Below are positions 13,340 to 29,547 of a DNA stretch of 61,815 nucleotides, one piece after another. Source of the DNA: Octopus sinensis (lineage: Eukaryota); contig NW_021832246.1 in assembly GCF_006345805.1 (NCBI RefSeq), positions 1 through 61,815 on the forward strand. Reading direction: 5' to 3'. The notes under the pieces were generated by a model. That model made no database searches. It saw nothing but the letters and a program-made list of their open reading frames with translations, and was not told the DNA's origin. The first letter of the stretch is position 1; each line of letters begins with the position of its first letter. The translations under genes and the position numbers were made by a program.

Positions 13340-14046
13340 ACTTTGGCACGAAGCCAGCAATGTTTGGGGGGTTGGGATGAGTCAATCGCATCGAACCCAG
13401 TTCTTAACTGGTACTTATTTTATCGACTGAAAACATATGAAAGGCGAAGTCAAACTCAGCAGATTGGTACAAATATGAAGATAGAACTCCTACAAAAATC
13501 ATCATTACTTGGAACTGTAAGAGTTCTTGGAAAGGTTCTTGAAGCATGATCAGTAATCAAACGTTACCTTAGTCTGCTGACACTTTCCATCATACCCAGC
13601 AAAATAAGCAGCGAGTTTCCATCAAATAATGACCCTTACTACAACAGGAACAAGGTTTGAAATTCTGGGGGAGGGGGATAGTCGATGACATCGACCCAAG
13701 TGCGTAACTGGTACTTATTTTATCGACCCCGAAAGGATGAAAGCAAAGTAGACCCCGGCAGAATTTGAACTCAGAACGTATGAGCGCACGAAAAGCCGCG
13801 AAGCATTGTGCTCGTCACGCTAATGCTTCTGTCAGCTCGCCTTGCTATTATAGGCAAGAGGCCTAAAATTTCTGGGAGCGGGGTCGTCAATAACCCCTGT
13901 AACTTGACTGGTATTTAATTTATCGATCCCAAAAGGATAAAAGGCAAGGTTGACCTCGGCGATATTTGAACTTAGAACATAAAGACGGATGAAATGTTGC
14001 TATGCATTTTATCCGGCGTGATAACGATTCTGCCAGCTCGCTGCCT
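13340..14046 (-). mobile_element. Cluster of S2 SINE copies, with an RLE LINE 3' stub (13470-13630, plus strand)
   Basis: Repeated TCGACCCC...TGGTACTTATTTTATCGAC..GAAAGGATGAAAGGCAAAG blocks; stub reads IELLQKSSLLGTVRVLGKVLEA*. Confidence 0.75.
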
Positions 14047-14101
14047 GATTTAATCAAATAATGATAATAATAATGATGATGATAATAATGATGATGATAT
14101 G

Positions 14102-14171
<70 letters not shown>

Positions 14172-14176
<5 letters not shown>

Positions 14177-14540
14177 TAGCCCGCATAGGGCGCAAACCTC
14201 CGCCAAGGCAACGTCAACGTCATCTCAGCGATTAGCTTGAGATGAATTTTAAAATGTGAGTATCTGAAATAAATTCGACTGCTCTCACAAACGAGAATAC
14301 TAAAATCGAACCCGACCGCTCTCAAAGATTAAGTAATAAAAAAACAGGATCAATAATCCAGAATCCTTGTCCAGTACCTTATCGATCCCAAAAATCTAAT
14401 CAGATCGTGCGAGTTACGAGACCAAACATTCCTGAAAGTTTCATCCGAATCCATCCAGCGGTTCTTGAGATATCTTGTCCAAGAACAAACAAGCACAACT
14501 GGAAACAATACCTCTGCCTTCCCTAAGGCGAAGGTAATAA
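14172..14540. mobile_element. Helentron/HINE (DINE-1-like) non-autonomous element
   Basis: Short hairpin GCCC-GCATA-GGGC plus ACCTCCGCC at the left end; palindrome ACCTCTGCCTT...AAGGCGAAGGT at the right end; A-rich flanks. Confidence 0.6.
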
Positions 14541-15517
14541 TGATATGTATATAAAGGTATCAGACAAGCACTCACAGTTATTAGTAACAGTGTTGATCCT
14601 GTTAAGAAGCCATAGTCATGCAACTTATTTTGGTGTTTTCCTTGGGTCCAAGGCTTCATAATGCCTATTATACTATTACCACTGCGAAGAAGTGGCAGAA
14701 GTCAATATTCCTTTGAACGGGATACCTGGCCGTTGCAACTTTCAAAGCAAGAAATTTCGAATTTTGAGGAGCGCTCAACTCGAATATGTACACTTCAGTT
14801 CTTCACAGGTACTTTAATTCATCGACCTGGAAGTGGTGAAAGGAAGATGTGAACTCAGCAGGTTTTGAACTCAGAACATAAATACACGGATGAACTGCCT
14901 CTCACATGATAATGATGGGCATGTATGTATGTATATGTGTACGTATGCATGTATGCATGTACGTATGCATGTATGTATGCAAGTATGTATGTATGCATGT
15001 ATGCATGCATGCATGTATGTATGTATGAATATATTAATGCATGTATGTATGTATGAATGTATGTATGTATGTATGTATGTATGTAATGTATGTAATGTAT
15101 GGATGGATGTATCTCTGTATCTTCTATCTTTTAATTATTATAAATCTTTCACTGAAGAAGGAGCAAGTTTCCAACAAAGAGACAAAGCTCCATCTTTCAG
15201 ATGTAGTTAACACAGGCAAATTCACTTTCGGAACTTGAGAAAAGTCTTGCATATTTTTACTGTTCCACTCACAGTTTGCACTTGTACGAATTAGCCAGTT
15301 AATTCAGATTCTCCTTTATTCTCCTTTATGTATGTATGCATATATGTATGCATATATATATGTTTGCATGTATGTATGTATTTTTGTTTGTACATATATA
15401 TGCATGTTTGTATGTATTGTGTATGTATGTTTTTATGTTTGCATGTATGCTTGTTTGTTTGTTCGTATGTCTATATGTATGTGTGTTTGTATGTATGTAT
15501 GTATGTATGTATGTGTC

Positions 15518-15885
15518 GAGGCGCAATGGCCCAGTGGTTAGGGCAGCGGACTCGCGGTCATAGGATCGCGGTTTCGATTCCCAGACCGGGCGTTGTGAGT
15601 GTTTATTGAGCGGGATGGCTCCGGCAGGGATGGTGGTGATCCCTGCTGTACTCTTTCACCACAACTTTCTCTCACTCTTACTTCCTGTTTCTGTTGTACC
15701 TGTATTTCAAGGGGCTGGCCTTGTCACTCTCTGTGTCACGCTGAATATCCCCGAGAACTACGTTAAGGGTGCACGTGTCTGTGGAGTGCTCAGCCACTTA
15801 CACGTTAATTTCACGAGCAGGCTGTTCCGTTGATTCGGATCAACCGGAACCCTCGTCGTCGTAACCGACGGAGTGCTTCCATTCC
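15518..15885 (+). mobile_element. tRNA-derived SINE family S3 (head A + tail X)
   Basis: TGGCCCAGTGG A-box and GTTTCGATTCC B-box; head shared with 38945-39248, tail shared with 51730-52025. Confidence 0.9.
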
Positions 15886-16894
15886 ATGTATGTATGTATG
15901 TATGTTACTGTTTAGTTTTATTTCGAGATTTCTTGCCAATAAAGAAAGAGCTGGTTTCTGACCTAGATCTGAGGTCCCGGTATTTTTGCATGTATATTTG
16001 TATATATGTATGCATGTACGTATGTATGCATGTACGTATACATGTTTGTATGTATGCATGTATGAATGTAGATAGGAAGGTATGTAGGTAGGTAAGTAGG
16101 TAGGTAAGTTGGTAGGTAGGTTGGCAGGTAGGTGTGTGCGTTTTACTATTTAGTTTTCTGTCTATATTTCATGTTAATGGAGAAAGAAACGGTTTCTAAC
16201 CTAGTTCCAATGTAGTTTCTATGGAATTTCAGGAATATCAACTTGGCAGTTGTGCATATATATCTGTATATATGCAAGTATTTTGGCGTTAGTGCATATG
16301 CAGATCTGTATTTTTTATGCATTTATACACACATACACACACACACATATGTATATATACATATGTGTCTATATCATTGTATACATATGTATTTATATAT
16401 AACCGTGTATGTGTATGTGTGTTTGTGTGTGTGTGTGTGTGGCTATGTTCGTATCTATGTCTGTTGAATTGTATGTGTGAATATGGATGTAGATATAGCA
16501 TCATATGACCTTTAAAATAGAACAGGCCACAAGGAATGGTGATCAAAGAACGAAGCCCAGAGATAAAAAATAATAAGAGAAAGAAGACGAAGAGGAGATA
16601 GTGAGATTGTTGGCTAAGAGTGAAAAGAAAGAGAGAGAGAGAGGGGGGAGATAGAAGAGAGTAAGTGGTTAAGAAAACTAGAAAACGACAAAGAGGTGAA
16701 GTGTTGGACTATATATATATTGTGAGAAAGAAAGTTGGAGATGTGAGAAGAAGATGGAGATGTGTAAGGGTGGAGAGATGAAGCGTTGGAGAAATCACTC
16801 GGTGCTGGGAAGGAGAGAGATGTAGACACACCTACACAGAGAAACAACAATGATCAAACATAAAAAATCCTAATGAAAATAGCGTAGGGACAAA

Positions 16895-16944
<50 letters not shown>

Positions 16945-16981
16945 GAATAAAAACAATAGATCGATTGCGATATAGATACAT

Positions 16982-17063
<82 letters not shown>

Positions 17064-17074
17064 ATGTGTGTGTG

Positions 17075-17105
<31 letters not shown>

Positions 17106-17869
17106 GTCTGCATGTATATGTATATATATTTTTTATATACGGATATATATATATATTATATATATATATATATATAGACACACTCAACAAGAATATGAAA
17201 AATTTAGGCCATGCTTGTTAATACCTAACCTCCAATATTTATATTTACCTACGCATACACACACATAACATTCACACGCATATGTATATATACATATATA
17301 TACATACGTCTATATGTATATATGTATATATATATATACATTTACAAACACGCATACAGATTGATGTGGGAATGGTGGGGAAAGACGGTATGACGGAATT
17401 CAAAGCAGACTACACAAAGTGTGGTTCAAGCTAACTGAACGAAAAGATATATTCGAAAAAAAATAAAAGCAAAGAAACAAAAAAAACACAAAAGTAAATC
17501 AAAGACAAAATCTTTCTCCCCTCTGACTTGACATTAATCTGGTTATGGAAGGTAAATATCACAAAGCAGAATGCAGGAAGATGCAACTGTTTATACATAC
17601 ATACATACATACATACATACATGCATGCATGCATGCATACATACATACATACATACATACATACATACTACATACATACATACGTGCATGCACACACTCG
17701 CACACACAAACATGCATACATGCGTACACTCATACAAACATACATACATACATACACATGTCTATGTGTCCGTATATATATGTACACAAACATATATCCA
17801 TATGTACTTATATATATACGCACACATAATATATACATTCGTGTATGTATGTATATGTATATATATATA

Positions 17870-17900
<31 letters not shown>

Positions 17901-18809
17901 GTATATATATATACATAATATATATATATATACATAATGGGTGAAGTTACTAAGTGACTCAAGTGACTAGTGGTTCGTGCTTTGGTACTTTGCTAGGTAT
18001 TTATACACGAAACTCTCGGCCGTTCAGTCACTCTAACTTCTGTACATATATATATATACATATATGTATTAAGAATTCACAACGACCTCGAACCCAAAAG
18101 AGTAAACAAGAGAGACAGAAACAGACAGAAACAAAGGAAATGTCACTTGTATTTGAACACAATGCAAATGTTCTCTTAAAAAACTTTTCTTATAATTTTT
18201 CCAAAACTTAAGTGTTTTCCATACTTATAGTTGAAAAAGTTTCAATGAGTGAAACCGGTACTGAAATGATTTTTATAAAATCATTTTAGCATTTTCTACC
18301 TTGACCATTTTTCCAAATATATATATGTATACATGTATGTATGTTTGTATGTATGTATGTATGTATGTATGTATGTATGTATGTATGTATGTATGTATGT
18401 ATGTATGTATGTATATGTATCTTTATATATCATAGTCGGCTATAATTCCTGTATTTACTGTTGGTACCGTATACACGTATGCACAATGTCTTCTCGGTGT
18501 AGCTATAACTTTTAATACCGTCCTTCAAATTAACCTAATTTTTGATGTGTTGGAATGATTCTGTTCCGTCTTACTTGTTCATTCGCCGCTTAAATTGTCT
18601 CCATTATATCACTTAATTTTGTATTGTAACCGCTTGTCTTCTTTTTTAGAGACCTTCGATAGCTAAGCCCAATATACGGTTTCCATCTCGCATAAGGGCA
18701 GTGCGCCTAGATCACAACATTCCTCTCAATGCGACAATGGTTCGTTACAAACTTGAAGCGTAGCATTCTGAAGGATGGGTAATTTTCAGTTAGATCGATT
18801 ACTGTATGT

Positions 18810-18953
18810 CTATTACTATATTTACACATCCGTGAAAGGATGAAAGGACAAGTTGACCTCTGCAGGATTTGAACTCTGAATATATATAGCAAGAAGAAAT
18901 ATCACTAAGAATTTTGCTCACCAAGTTAACGCTTCTGCTATCGCGCCGCCTTG
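18810..18953 (-). mobile_element. Diverged S2 SINE
   Basis: GAAAGGATGAAAGGACAAGTTGACCTC...TTTGAACTC block. Confidence 0.7.
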
Positions 18954-19379
18954 ATCTTTAAATTCCTTTCGTTAATTCAATGATTGTAGCTTGTTTTAAA
19001 TTATGGTAGCATTCTCACTTTTCTTTTACCAATACGTCGATTATTTTGTCTTTTGAGTTAATATATTGATATATCGATCTTTAAAATATTTCCGTTTCGT
19101 CGATATCTGCATCGACTATGTCGGACATTCTTTTTTGTGTCGTCATTTTAGTTATGTTGTGTTATTTTTCGGGTATTGTAATATGTAATACGTAACAGTA
19201 AAGATTCATTCTTATTTAGTCTTTTATTCGTGTCGCAGTTACGGCTTTTGTGAGTTAAATTGGTCTTTTATTTTATGCCGTTGTTCCAATGTCTTTTGTA
19301 CGGCATATTCCGCCACTAGTTATTTACCCAATATGCAATTCACATAAGTATTTTAAAAGGAATGCTTCTGGTGTCCAGA

Positions 19380-20190
19380 AAGTGAGTGCACTTCACTTCA
19401 TTTATGAACTGAACAAATTCGTTGAGTAAAATTATGAGTGTTTTTACGGTACATAAACACCAAGATCGTGATCGTCTACCAAATCTCTTTCTATATTGGT
19501 CAGATTATATTTATATTCATGTTTTCCTTGGTTTTGTCCCAAATATTCTCCGGTGGAGATGTTGAATTACTCCGTACACATATCAGAGCGTGTAATTGCG
19601 TTTTGTGCATCAGGTTTTGAATGGGTTGATTGTTACACTTAATCAATGTTATCGGTTGCAACCCTTGAATTACTGATGCATTGTAGATTATTTTTATATT
19701 TAGATGGTTTCCAAACAATGAGAAGTGTTTCAATAGATTACAGTTGCATTTATTTTTCCACTATATGCTGTGGATTTCTAAATAACTAAACATTAATAGC
19801 TTGATTGGTCTACTAGCTGTTGTAAATTTTATATACTATTTGTGCAGTATTTTATTCTATGTTTGAACAGCTAAGAAGCTTTTAGTGTTTTGCATTAGAA
19901 TGATTGCTTATTTTAATATATATATTGCAACATTCGCGCTGAAGGTCGGATTGAAGCAGATAATGTCCCATTTGGCGTGGGGTGAGGTGGGGGCTCTGTT
20001 TGGTGTCAGATACAATTGTGCCAATTTGGCATGGAACTCTAATTCATCTTTTATCTCATTCTCTTTCAAAGCTTCACCATATAATGGTGCTATTTCACTG
20101 AATATTTTGTTGAAGAATATTTTGTAGATCCTGCGGTTTGTGTTGCTGGTTAGGTTCTTTCCTTCAATGCTAAAGTCCAAAGAAAAGTTC
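19380..20190 (-). pseudogene. Degenerate Penelope-like ORF (post-RT linker and GIY-YIG region)
   Basis: IICFNPTFSANV resembles the IIWFNPPFSxNV motif; CNC..LFGNHL..IIYNASV and STS..ENIW.K resemble the Cys linker/GIY-YIG segment. Many stops. Confidence 0.65.
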
Positions 20191-20645
20191 ATATGAAAGA
20201 AGAAGCCATAATGTAACCAGCAAATTTATTAATAGAAAATATAGAGAAGATAACTTTGAGAGAGTGGATAGTGAAGTGAACAGGACAATGGAACATATCA
20301 TGTGTACAGAATGACGTATGTAAACATTCAAAATATAGAATAATTAGAAATCAATGAAACCAGATACAGCATCGAAATGGATGAGTCGGATACTTCGACA
20401 ACGAGCACACAAATATAATATTATAAAGATATCATCTAATATGATGTATCCCATGGAAATAAAGGGTAATTAAAAGAAATCGGATGTAATGAGGACATTG
20501 ACCAGAAGGTGATCGAAGTAAGTCACGAGTCTGAAGGAAAGCGATGACGTTGTTAAGATAAAAAATATTTGGAAAATATTTACAGTCTATCCAATAAAAA
20601 ATAGGCACATGAGAACACATGAGACACCAATTAGCTGTATTTTAC

Positions 20646-20680
<35 letters not shown>

Positions 20681-22184
20681 AGTCTGTCTGTCTATCTGTC
20701 AGTCAATCTGTCTATCTGTCTGATTCTGTCTGTCCCCCTCTCCCACACACTCACACACACACACAAAGACACACACACACACATATACACATATATAGAT
20801 ATATATATTTGGAGAGGCCCCATGGAATGCCTACGGTGATCACAACGTAGATGATTCTATACTTTTGATTCGGAAGGGAAACCGCTATGCCTTTCCACAG
20901 GAGGGAACACGAAAACGTGGAACGATCCATCAGATTTTATCTCCCTAATTCTGTCCTGCTTCTCAATAAAACTGAAGTGATATATCTAATAATATTCAGT
21001 GAGCGTCTCTAATTTTTAAATTCATTTCACTCCTTCCCTTTTACGCTGTTTCGTACGTCACAAATATATACATATATACATACATACATATATACACATA
21101 TATACATAAATATTTATATCTAAATAAATATATATAGAGAGAGGTGTTTCTATACATAAATATATATATGCATGAATATATATACGCATATATACATGGA
21201 TATATATATATATATATATATGTATAAACATATTTATGTTTATGTGTATATATATTCACATGGATACGAACATATATTACATTGTATTCAACATGTGTTA
21301 TACATTCAAAAATTCAGACCAAAATATAAAATAAAATAAAATTTAAAAAAACAGCAAAAAAGATTGAAATTTATTTCTCTGGAGAAATTAATATTTGACA
21401 AGAAAACAAGCCATAGCAAAAAAAAAAAATGTATTTAAAACAAGAAAATATTTACAGCAGTGTTGTTTACAAATTGTAAATATTGCAGAAAAAAAAACAG
21501 GTGTGATAATCTGTGGGAATTCTTCCAAATATCTCACCTATATCGCACCATCACCTGCAAAATTTTCTGTTTAGGCCTAGTTACCCTTCTCGTTTTGTAT
21601 ATATTTTATTTACGTATTCACGAATTTGTTCAAATATTTTTTCATTGTATATCCGCCATATTACAATCTTGTTGTTGTTGTTGTTGTTGTTGTTTTCGCT
21701 GCTGCTGCGGTAGTTTTGTGTTGGTTTCCTTGCTATTTTATTTTTAAATCTATATTTAATATTAATATCAACTGTTTATTTTAATTTTTTTGTTTACCGC
21801 TTTCGAAAATTTTATCGTATCTCCCAATCTCTTTCAACGTCTCTACCTCGACTCTCTCTCACTCTTTCGCTCTCTCTCTCTCTCTCTCTTTTGCTCTCTC
21901 TCACTCTCTCACTCTCCTTCTCTCTCTCTCTCTACATGAGCTACAAATTCATCGAATCAAATCACTAAAAGATCCGACAGTATCATAAATACACATACAG
22001 GTGTAAAGAACAAAATTCGCAAACGCAGACACAGACAAGCATATATAGATACATATGTAGTATATATATTGTATCTCTCGTTCCCTCTCCCTCTCTCTCT
22101 CTCTCTGTACATATATATATATATGTATATATATATCTATATATATATGTATAATATTATATATATATATATATATATAATATA

Positions 22185-22216
<32 letters not shown>

Positions 22217-22607
22217 CGTATATATATAAATACACATATATGTAAAGGTAATATTTGGGTGTGTGTGTGTATATGTGTGTATTTGTATGTATGTATGTGT
22301 GTGTGAGAAAGAGAGAGTGTGTTATCATATCCGAGTGTTTACAGTACTAAGTTCAATGCGAAAAATAAGAATGCAGATGTTGGTAACTGGGATTTCTCAT
22401 TAGTATAATCCCCCTCCTCCTCATTCTCCCTCTCCTCATTCTACTCCTTCTTCTACTCCTCCTCTACTCATCCACCTTTTCCTCCGTCTCTTCCTCATCA
22501 TTAACATTATTATCGTTAGCATTACCTTCACGCATTTCAGTGGTTGAGTTTCCAATTGGAGAGGAGATACCCAGGCAGCGAGAGAGATAGATAGACGCAA
22601 AGAGAGA

Positions 22608-22662
<55 letters not shown>

Positions 22663-23329
22663 AGGAGATGGGGAGAAAGGTGAGAGAGAGAGACTGACAG
22701 ACACAGACAGACAGAGGTCGAAGTCTGTTTTTAGCTCCGAATTCTCCGTGATTCCGATCCATAGGAAATACAGGATATTTTATCCTCCAGGTAGCGATTC
22801 ATAAAAAAACATCAACTCCGAATAATAAATATTCGAAAATAATGAAAACTCTTTTCGTTCAATTATATACACGCACGTGTTCTAATCTACATATAACATG
22901 ACTTTATATGTGCGGGTGCGGTGTGGTGTATTTATATTAAGGCTGATTTTTATGTGATTTCTCTTTAACTTTCATCTTTCACTTCCTTCAGTCATTGGAT
23001 CGCGGCCATACAAAACTTTGAAGATTTTTTAGTCAAAAGAATCAGCCCCAATCCATTTTCTCTTCAAAGCCCCCGACTTTTTTATTTCGAAGCCTGCTAC
23101 GTATTATTTGAACTTGCTGCTTGTTCTTTGAAACCCGTTATTTATCGTTTATTCGAGGTTGTATTATGCCACAGGACCTTGCTTATATCTTCATCATTTA
23201 TTCGAACATGGAACTACGTAATGCATACCTATTTCACTCTGTTCCGTCCTTTAGTTTTTCACAAAATAGAAATTGCTACTATTCTTGAAGGGCGAATGTT
23301 CTACGTTTTTATATTTTCTGGCTTTTTCC

Positions 23330-23430
23330 CTTCTGATGACGGTTTATTTACCAAATAGAATCCTTAATACATATCATGATCCACAAGATTGGCTGCAAGA
23401 GACTGTTTTTGTTTATATTCTCTATTCAAA
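23330..23430 (+). mobile_element. Dead relative of the 11287-11377 hammerhead repeat
   Basis: CTGATGAC...AATCCTTAAT..CATAT.ATGATCCAC...AAGAGACT aligns, but the GAAAC segment is lost. Confidence 0.55.
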
Positions 23431-23446
23431 CGGAATGTCTGATACC

Positions 23447-23536
<90 letters not shown>

Positions 23537-23668
23537 TCACAGATACGCGCTGAGACTGCGACATCTCTGGCTCTATGTAGACGATAATTTCCGACCTCGT
23601 GAGAGTTGCAAAATTCTGTTAGTGTAAATATTATTTGCTACTACGATTTAATAAAAGCATATCTATCC

Positions 23669-25200
<1,532 letters not shown>

Positions 25201-25219
25201 ATCTATCTATCTATATCTA

Positions 25220-25259
<40 letters not shown>

Positions 25260-25286
25260 TATATATTATATATATATATATATATA

Positions 25287-25331
<45 letters not shown>

Positions 25332-25358
25332 TATATATATATCTGTACATATATATCC

Positions 25359-25393
<35 letters not shown>

Positions 25394-25519
25394 ATATAGA
25401 TGGATAGATAGATAGATACACACACACACATATATATATACACACATACGTATGTATGTATGTATGTATGTATATATGTATGTATGTGTGTATGTGCAGA
25501 TTTGTATGTTTTATTTGTG

Positions 25520-25770
25520 TATTCTCAAGTATATAATTACTTATCTAGACATGCTCATATATACTTAAATGATAAACTTCTGTAAAGTTTCACAGATTTT
25601 TACAGTTTCAGTGTTGATTGGAATTAGCTTTCTCCTTTCTGGTTTTGAGAAGCCTAATTTCTCAAGACTGGTATTTAAGCAGTGGGTTATATATCCCAGA
25701 GCCCCAATTATTGCAGGTATAAAACTGAACTTGTCATCTGGATAGAGTAAATGCAGATTTCTCAATAGCT
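25520..25770 (-). mobile_element. RLE-type LINE 3' fragment in (ATGT)n
   Basis: [20 protein letters not shown]...TVKICETLQKF; (ATGT)n on both sides. Confidence 0.65.
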
Positions 25771-26064
25771 AGATTTATATGCGTATGTATGTATGTATGT
25801 ATGTATGTATGTATGTATGTATGTATGTATGTATGTATGTATGTATGTATGCATGCATGTATGTATGTAGGTATGTATGTATGTATGGATGGATGGATGG
25901 ATGGATGGATGGATGGATGGATGGATGGATGGATGGGACGAAGGATGGTTAAATAGATGGACAGACGGATGTATACACATTATTTTACTAGTTCCAGAGT
26001 GGCAATTTGATACATCATTTGGTTCAACCATTAATGATTTTTTTTTTTTTATGTCACAGTGTTG

Positions 26065-26900
26065 AAAATGAGTGGTGAAAAAGTAGCAATGAAAGGTGTT
26101 TTAAGCGACCATTGAGAAAAGAAGCGAGTGCAAAGTCAGTGGCGAAAGATATTCGTGACGTGGAAGCCCAGAACAAATGAGAACAAATGTGCGGCACAAA
26201 ATTGGTTCCGACGTTTCATGGAAGTTGACACTCGCCTTGAAGAGAAACAAAGGTGTTACGTTGTGTAAGATTACGCTGTGTAAGATTAGTCCTTGTAAGA
26301 AATGGCAAAATATTCATATATTGTCAGCAGAAATTGTATTTTCACAAAACACCTTCATCCAGTACTTCCAGAAGCTCGGACTCGTGAACAGATGCTGTGG
26401 ACAAGCTTCACATGAACTGACCAATGACCAGGCTCAACGAGGCTTGAGCATTTGCTGACAACTACTGGCAACTCTTCGAGATGTCCGTTTTTAGCGTCGA
26501 GTTCTAACTGCGGATGAAAAATGGGCCTATTCTGATAAGATACATCAGTGGTTTCGTCCCGGCCAGCCTCAAAATCTGTTACGCAACACCAACACGGCGT
26601 TTTGAACAGACAGATATAATGCGCGTTTAGTGGAAGTTCGAGGGAGTGCTTCCCTTTGAGCTGGTTCCAATTGGGCATGCTATGAACGCCAGTCTTTATT
26701 CTCAACGACGGCAGCTGTTATGTAATGCTTTGAAAACTTGATACTTTGCCTTCGCTAATCAAAGTTGCGCTCTCCTACAACGTAACATTGCCTCAGCAAA
26801 CAAAACCAATAAGAGCAAGCGGAAATTAGAGGAATTTGTGGAGTCGGAAGTACTGCCTCACTCTGCCTACATACCTTACAAACTCAGAGTATCACCTTGT
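26065..26900 (+). pseudogene. Degenerate mariner transposase
   Basis: WFRRF..D..LE, KLGLV..HELT..Q..R..IC, TADEKW and L.HSAY.P motifs occur in order, with stops and frameshifts. Confidence 0.75.
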
Positions 26901-26918
26901 GATACACACACACACACG

Positions 26919-26963
<45 letters not shown>

Positions 26964-26984
26964 CTATATGTTTTTTATATATAA

Positions 26985-27056
<72 letters not shown>

Positions 27057-27596
27057 ATATGTATATTACGGATATGTACTTGCATAGCAAGTGATTTGAT
27101 CTGAGATCGTGTGCTGGAACGAAAACATTGCATCGTGGAAGGTGTTTGTAAGCCATTTAAGAAACACACAAAAGCCGTTGGATTCACTTCAACATTTAAG
27201 TTTAATTTGTCAAAATATTTTCGTCGTTATAAGACCACGACCTGTTCGTATATGTATATATATGTATATTTAAATATTCAGAGTAAAAAATTGAATATTA
27301 ATTATATTAACATCAAGTTAAACCAGTGGCCTAGCATTTTGAAAATATCTGAAGATTCAGAAAAATTATATTATATTTTCTAAGTGGTCTATATTAATCT
27401 TTTCTAAGTGGTCAGACATATGGGGGTCTACATCTAGCATATTGTATGTCCATTTAGTGGTCATCCCTCTTATATGTATGTTATATACATGTATAATATA
27501 TATAATATATATATATATATTATATATATATAATATCATATATTGAATATATATATAATATATAATATATATAATATATATATATATCAATAATAT

Positions 27597-27638
<42 letters not shown>

Positions 27639-28062
27639 GTGTATGTATGTATGTATATATATATATATATATTATATATATATATACATGTGCATGTATG
27701 TATATGTATGTTAGAAAACAGAGTGATCTGATGGATGTATTCCGAAAGCATCCTAATGTAATCTTTATTGTTCTTTGAAAACCCTGATAACTTTTTAAAA
27801 TGCAATGTTATATCTTTGTATAGGTTTTGTAATTGTAATCTTATTTAAGAAATGATATAATTGTTGGTGAATGTGTTGATTAATTAATAAATTTATTTGC
27901 ATCCATTAAATATGTTTGTTTTCTAACTCAATAAAATGTTTGATAACTTATGATTTTCTATATAATATATTCATTGAAGAATTATCACTTCAAATTTAAT
28001 AAAATAAACTAGTGTATCTTGAAATAATATCCCTATAAGAAGTTTGAATATCCTGATTGTGA

Positions 28063-28113
<51 letters not shown>

Positions 28114-28248
28114 TATATATACATATACATATACATATATACATACGTACGTATTCAAATATATATGTATATATCTATGGGTGTACATACGTATATATAT
28201 ATATATACCTATGTATATTATACGTATATATATATATACCTATATATA

Positions 28249-28580
<332 letters not shown>

Positions 28581-28854
28581 TTTCAACACACGATTTCTCA
28601 TCAAAAATCTTGCAAAACAAATATATAAACATATATATATATTCATATATATGTATATACACACACAGACTCAAACACACACATATATGTGTGTATGTGT
28701 ATCTGTGTATGTTTGTATGAATGTATGTATGTACAGTTAATAACAAGAAATATTTACGGGATTTAAGGATAAAATTTGTACATGAGCGAGATTTCCAGTT
28801 TCGGCTGTCTGAACACTTGCAATCTCTCTGAGATCCTATCTATCTTATTATCTA

Positions 28855-28941
<87 letters not shown>

Positions 28942-29515
28942 GTTTGTGTGTCTGTAAATATATTCATGTATATGTCTGTCTGTATGTATGTATGTGAGCG
29001 TGTCATTGGTTGTAAAACAAAAATATGTTACAGGCAGAGATAAGATTCTTCAAAGCGCCTAAGTAGTTAAGCTAATTATCATATTAGCTCTATTTAAAGA
29101 ATAGTTACATCCAACGATTTCCCTCTAAACACAGCTGGGGTTTTCTTCCTCTCGATATCTAACAGCTTCTCAACAAACTATCTACTTACGAAAAATCTAC
29201 ATATAGTAGAATGCTGTTTTTTTTTTACTTCCAACGTGTTGATGGTGTCTGGTTTAAGACTGGCTTAATCGTACATGTTACGGATCTTAGATATAACACA
29301 TTACTGTTCTGGTCATCTCTAGTTTTGTTGCGTACAAACAGTCTAGACATACATGTCTCCGTGCTTAACGTGTTTGTTTTGTAAGTACGTGGTTTGGCGT
29401 TCGTTCTTGCAACACGGCAAATTGGCTGTCTTCTGTAATGCCGGATCAACCGATGAATCGGTCTCGTCTTTGAATATCAGAAACAAAAACGTGTTGAAAC
29501 TCGAAACCCGCCGCG

Positions 29516-29547
<32 letters not shown>

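Noticed and set aside
15518-15595. tRNA gene
   Set aside because: A/B boxes are present but run straight into a SINE body found elsewhere in the window; no clean cloverleaf or terminator.
21538-21551. RPL17 start (MVRYS)
   Set aside because: Only four to five residues match and no further RPL17 exons were seen downstream on the minus strand.
26250-26355. Small MITE bounded by AAGGTGTT/AACACCTT
   Set aside because: The right part translates in register with the mariner transposase remnant; the 8-bp match is probably chance.
27341-27380. Hammerhead (GAAAATAT-CTGAAGA-TTCA-GAAA...ATATTTTC)
   Set aside because: No stem II and no valid stem III/NUH; plausible by chance in AT-rich DNA.
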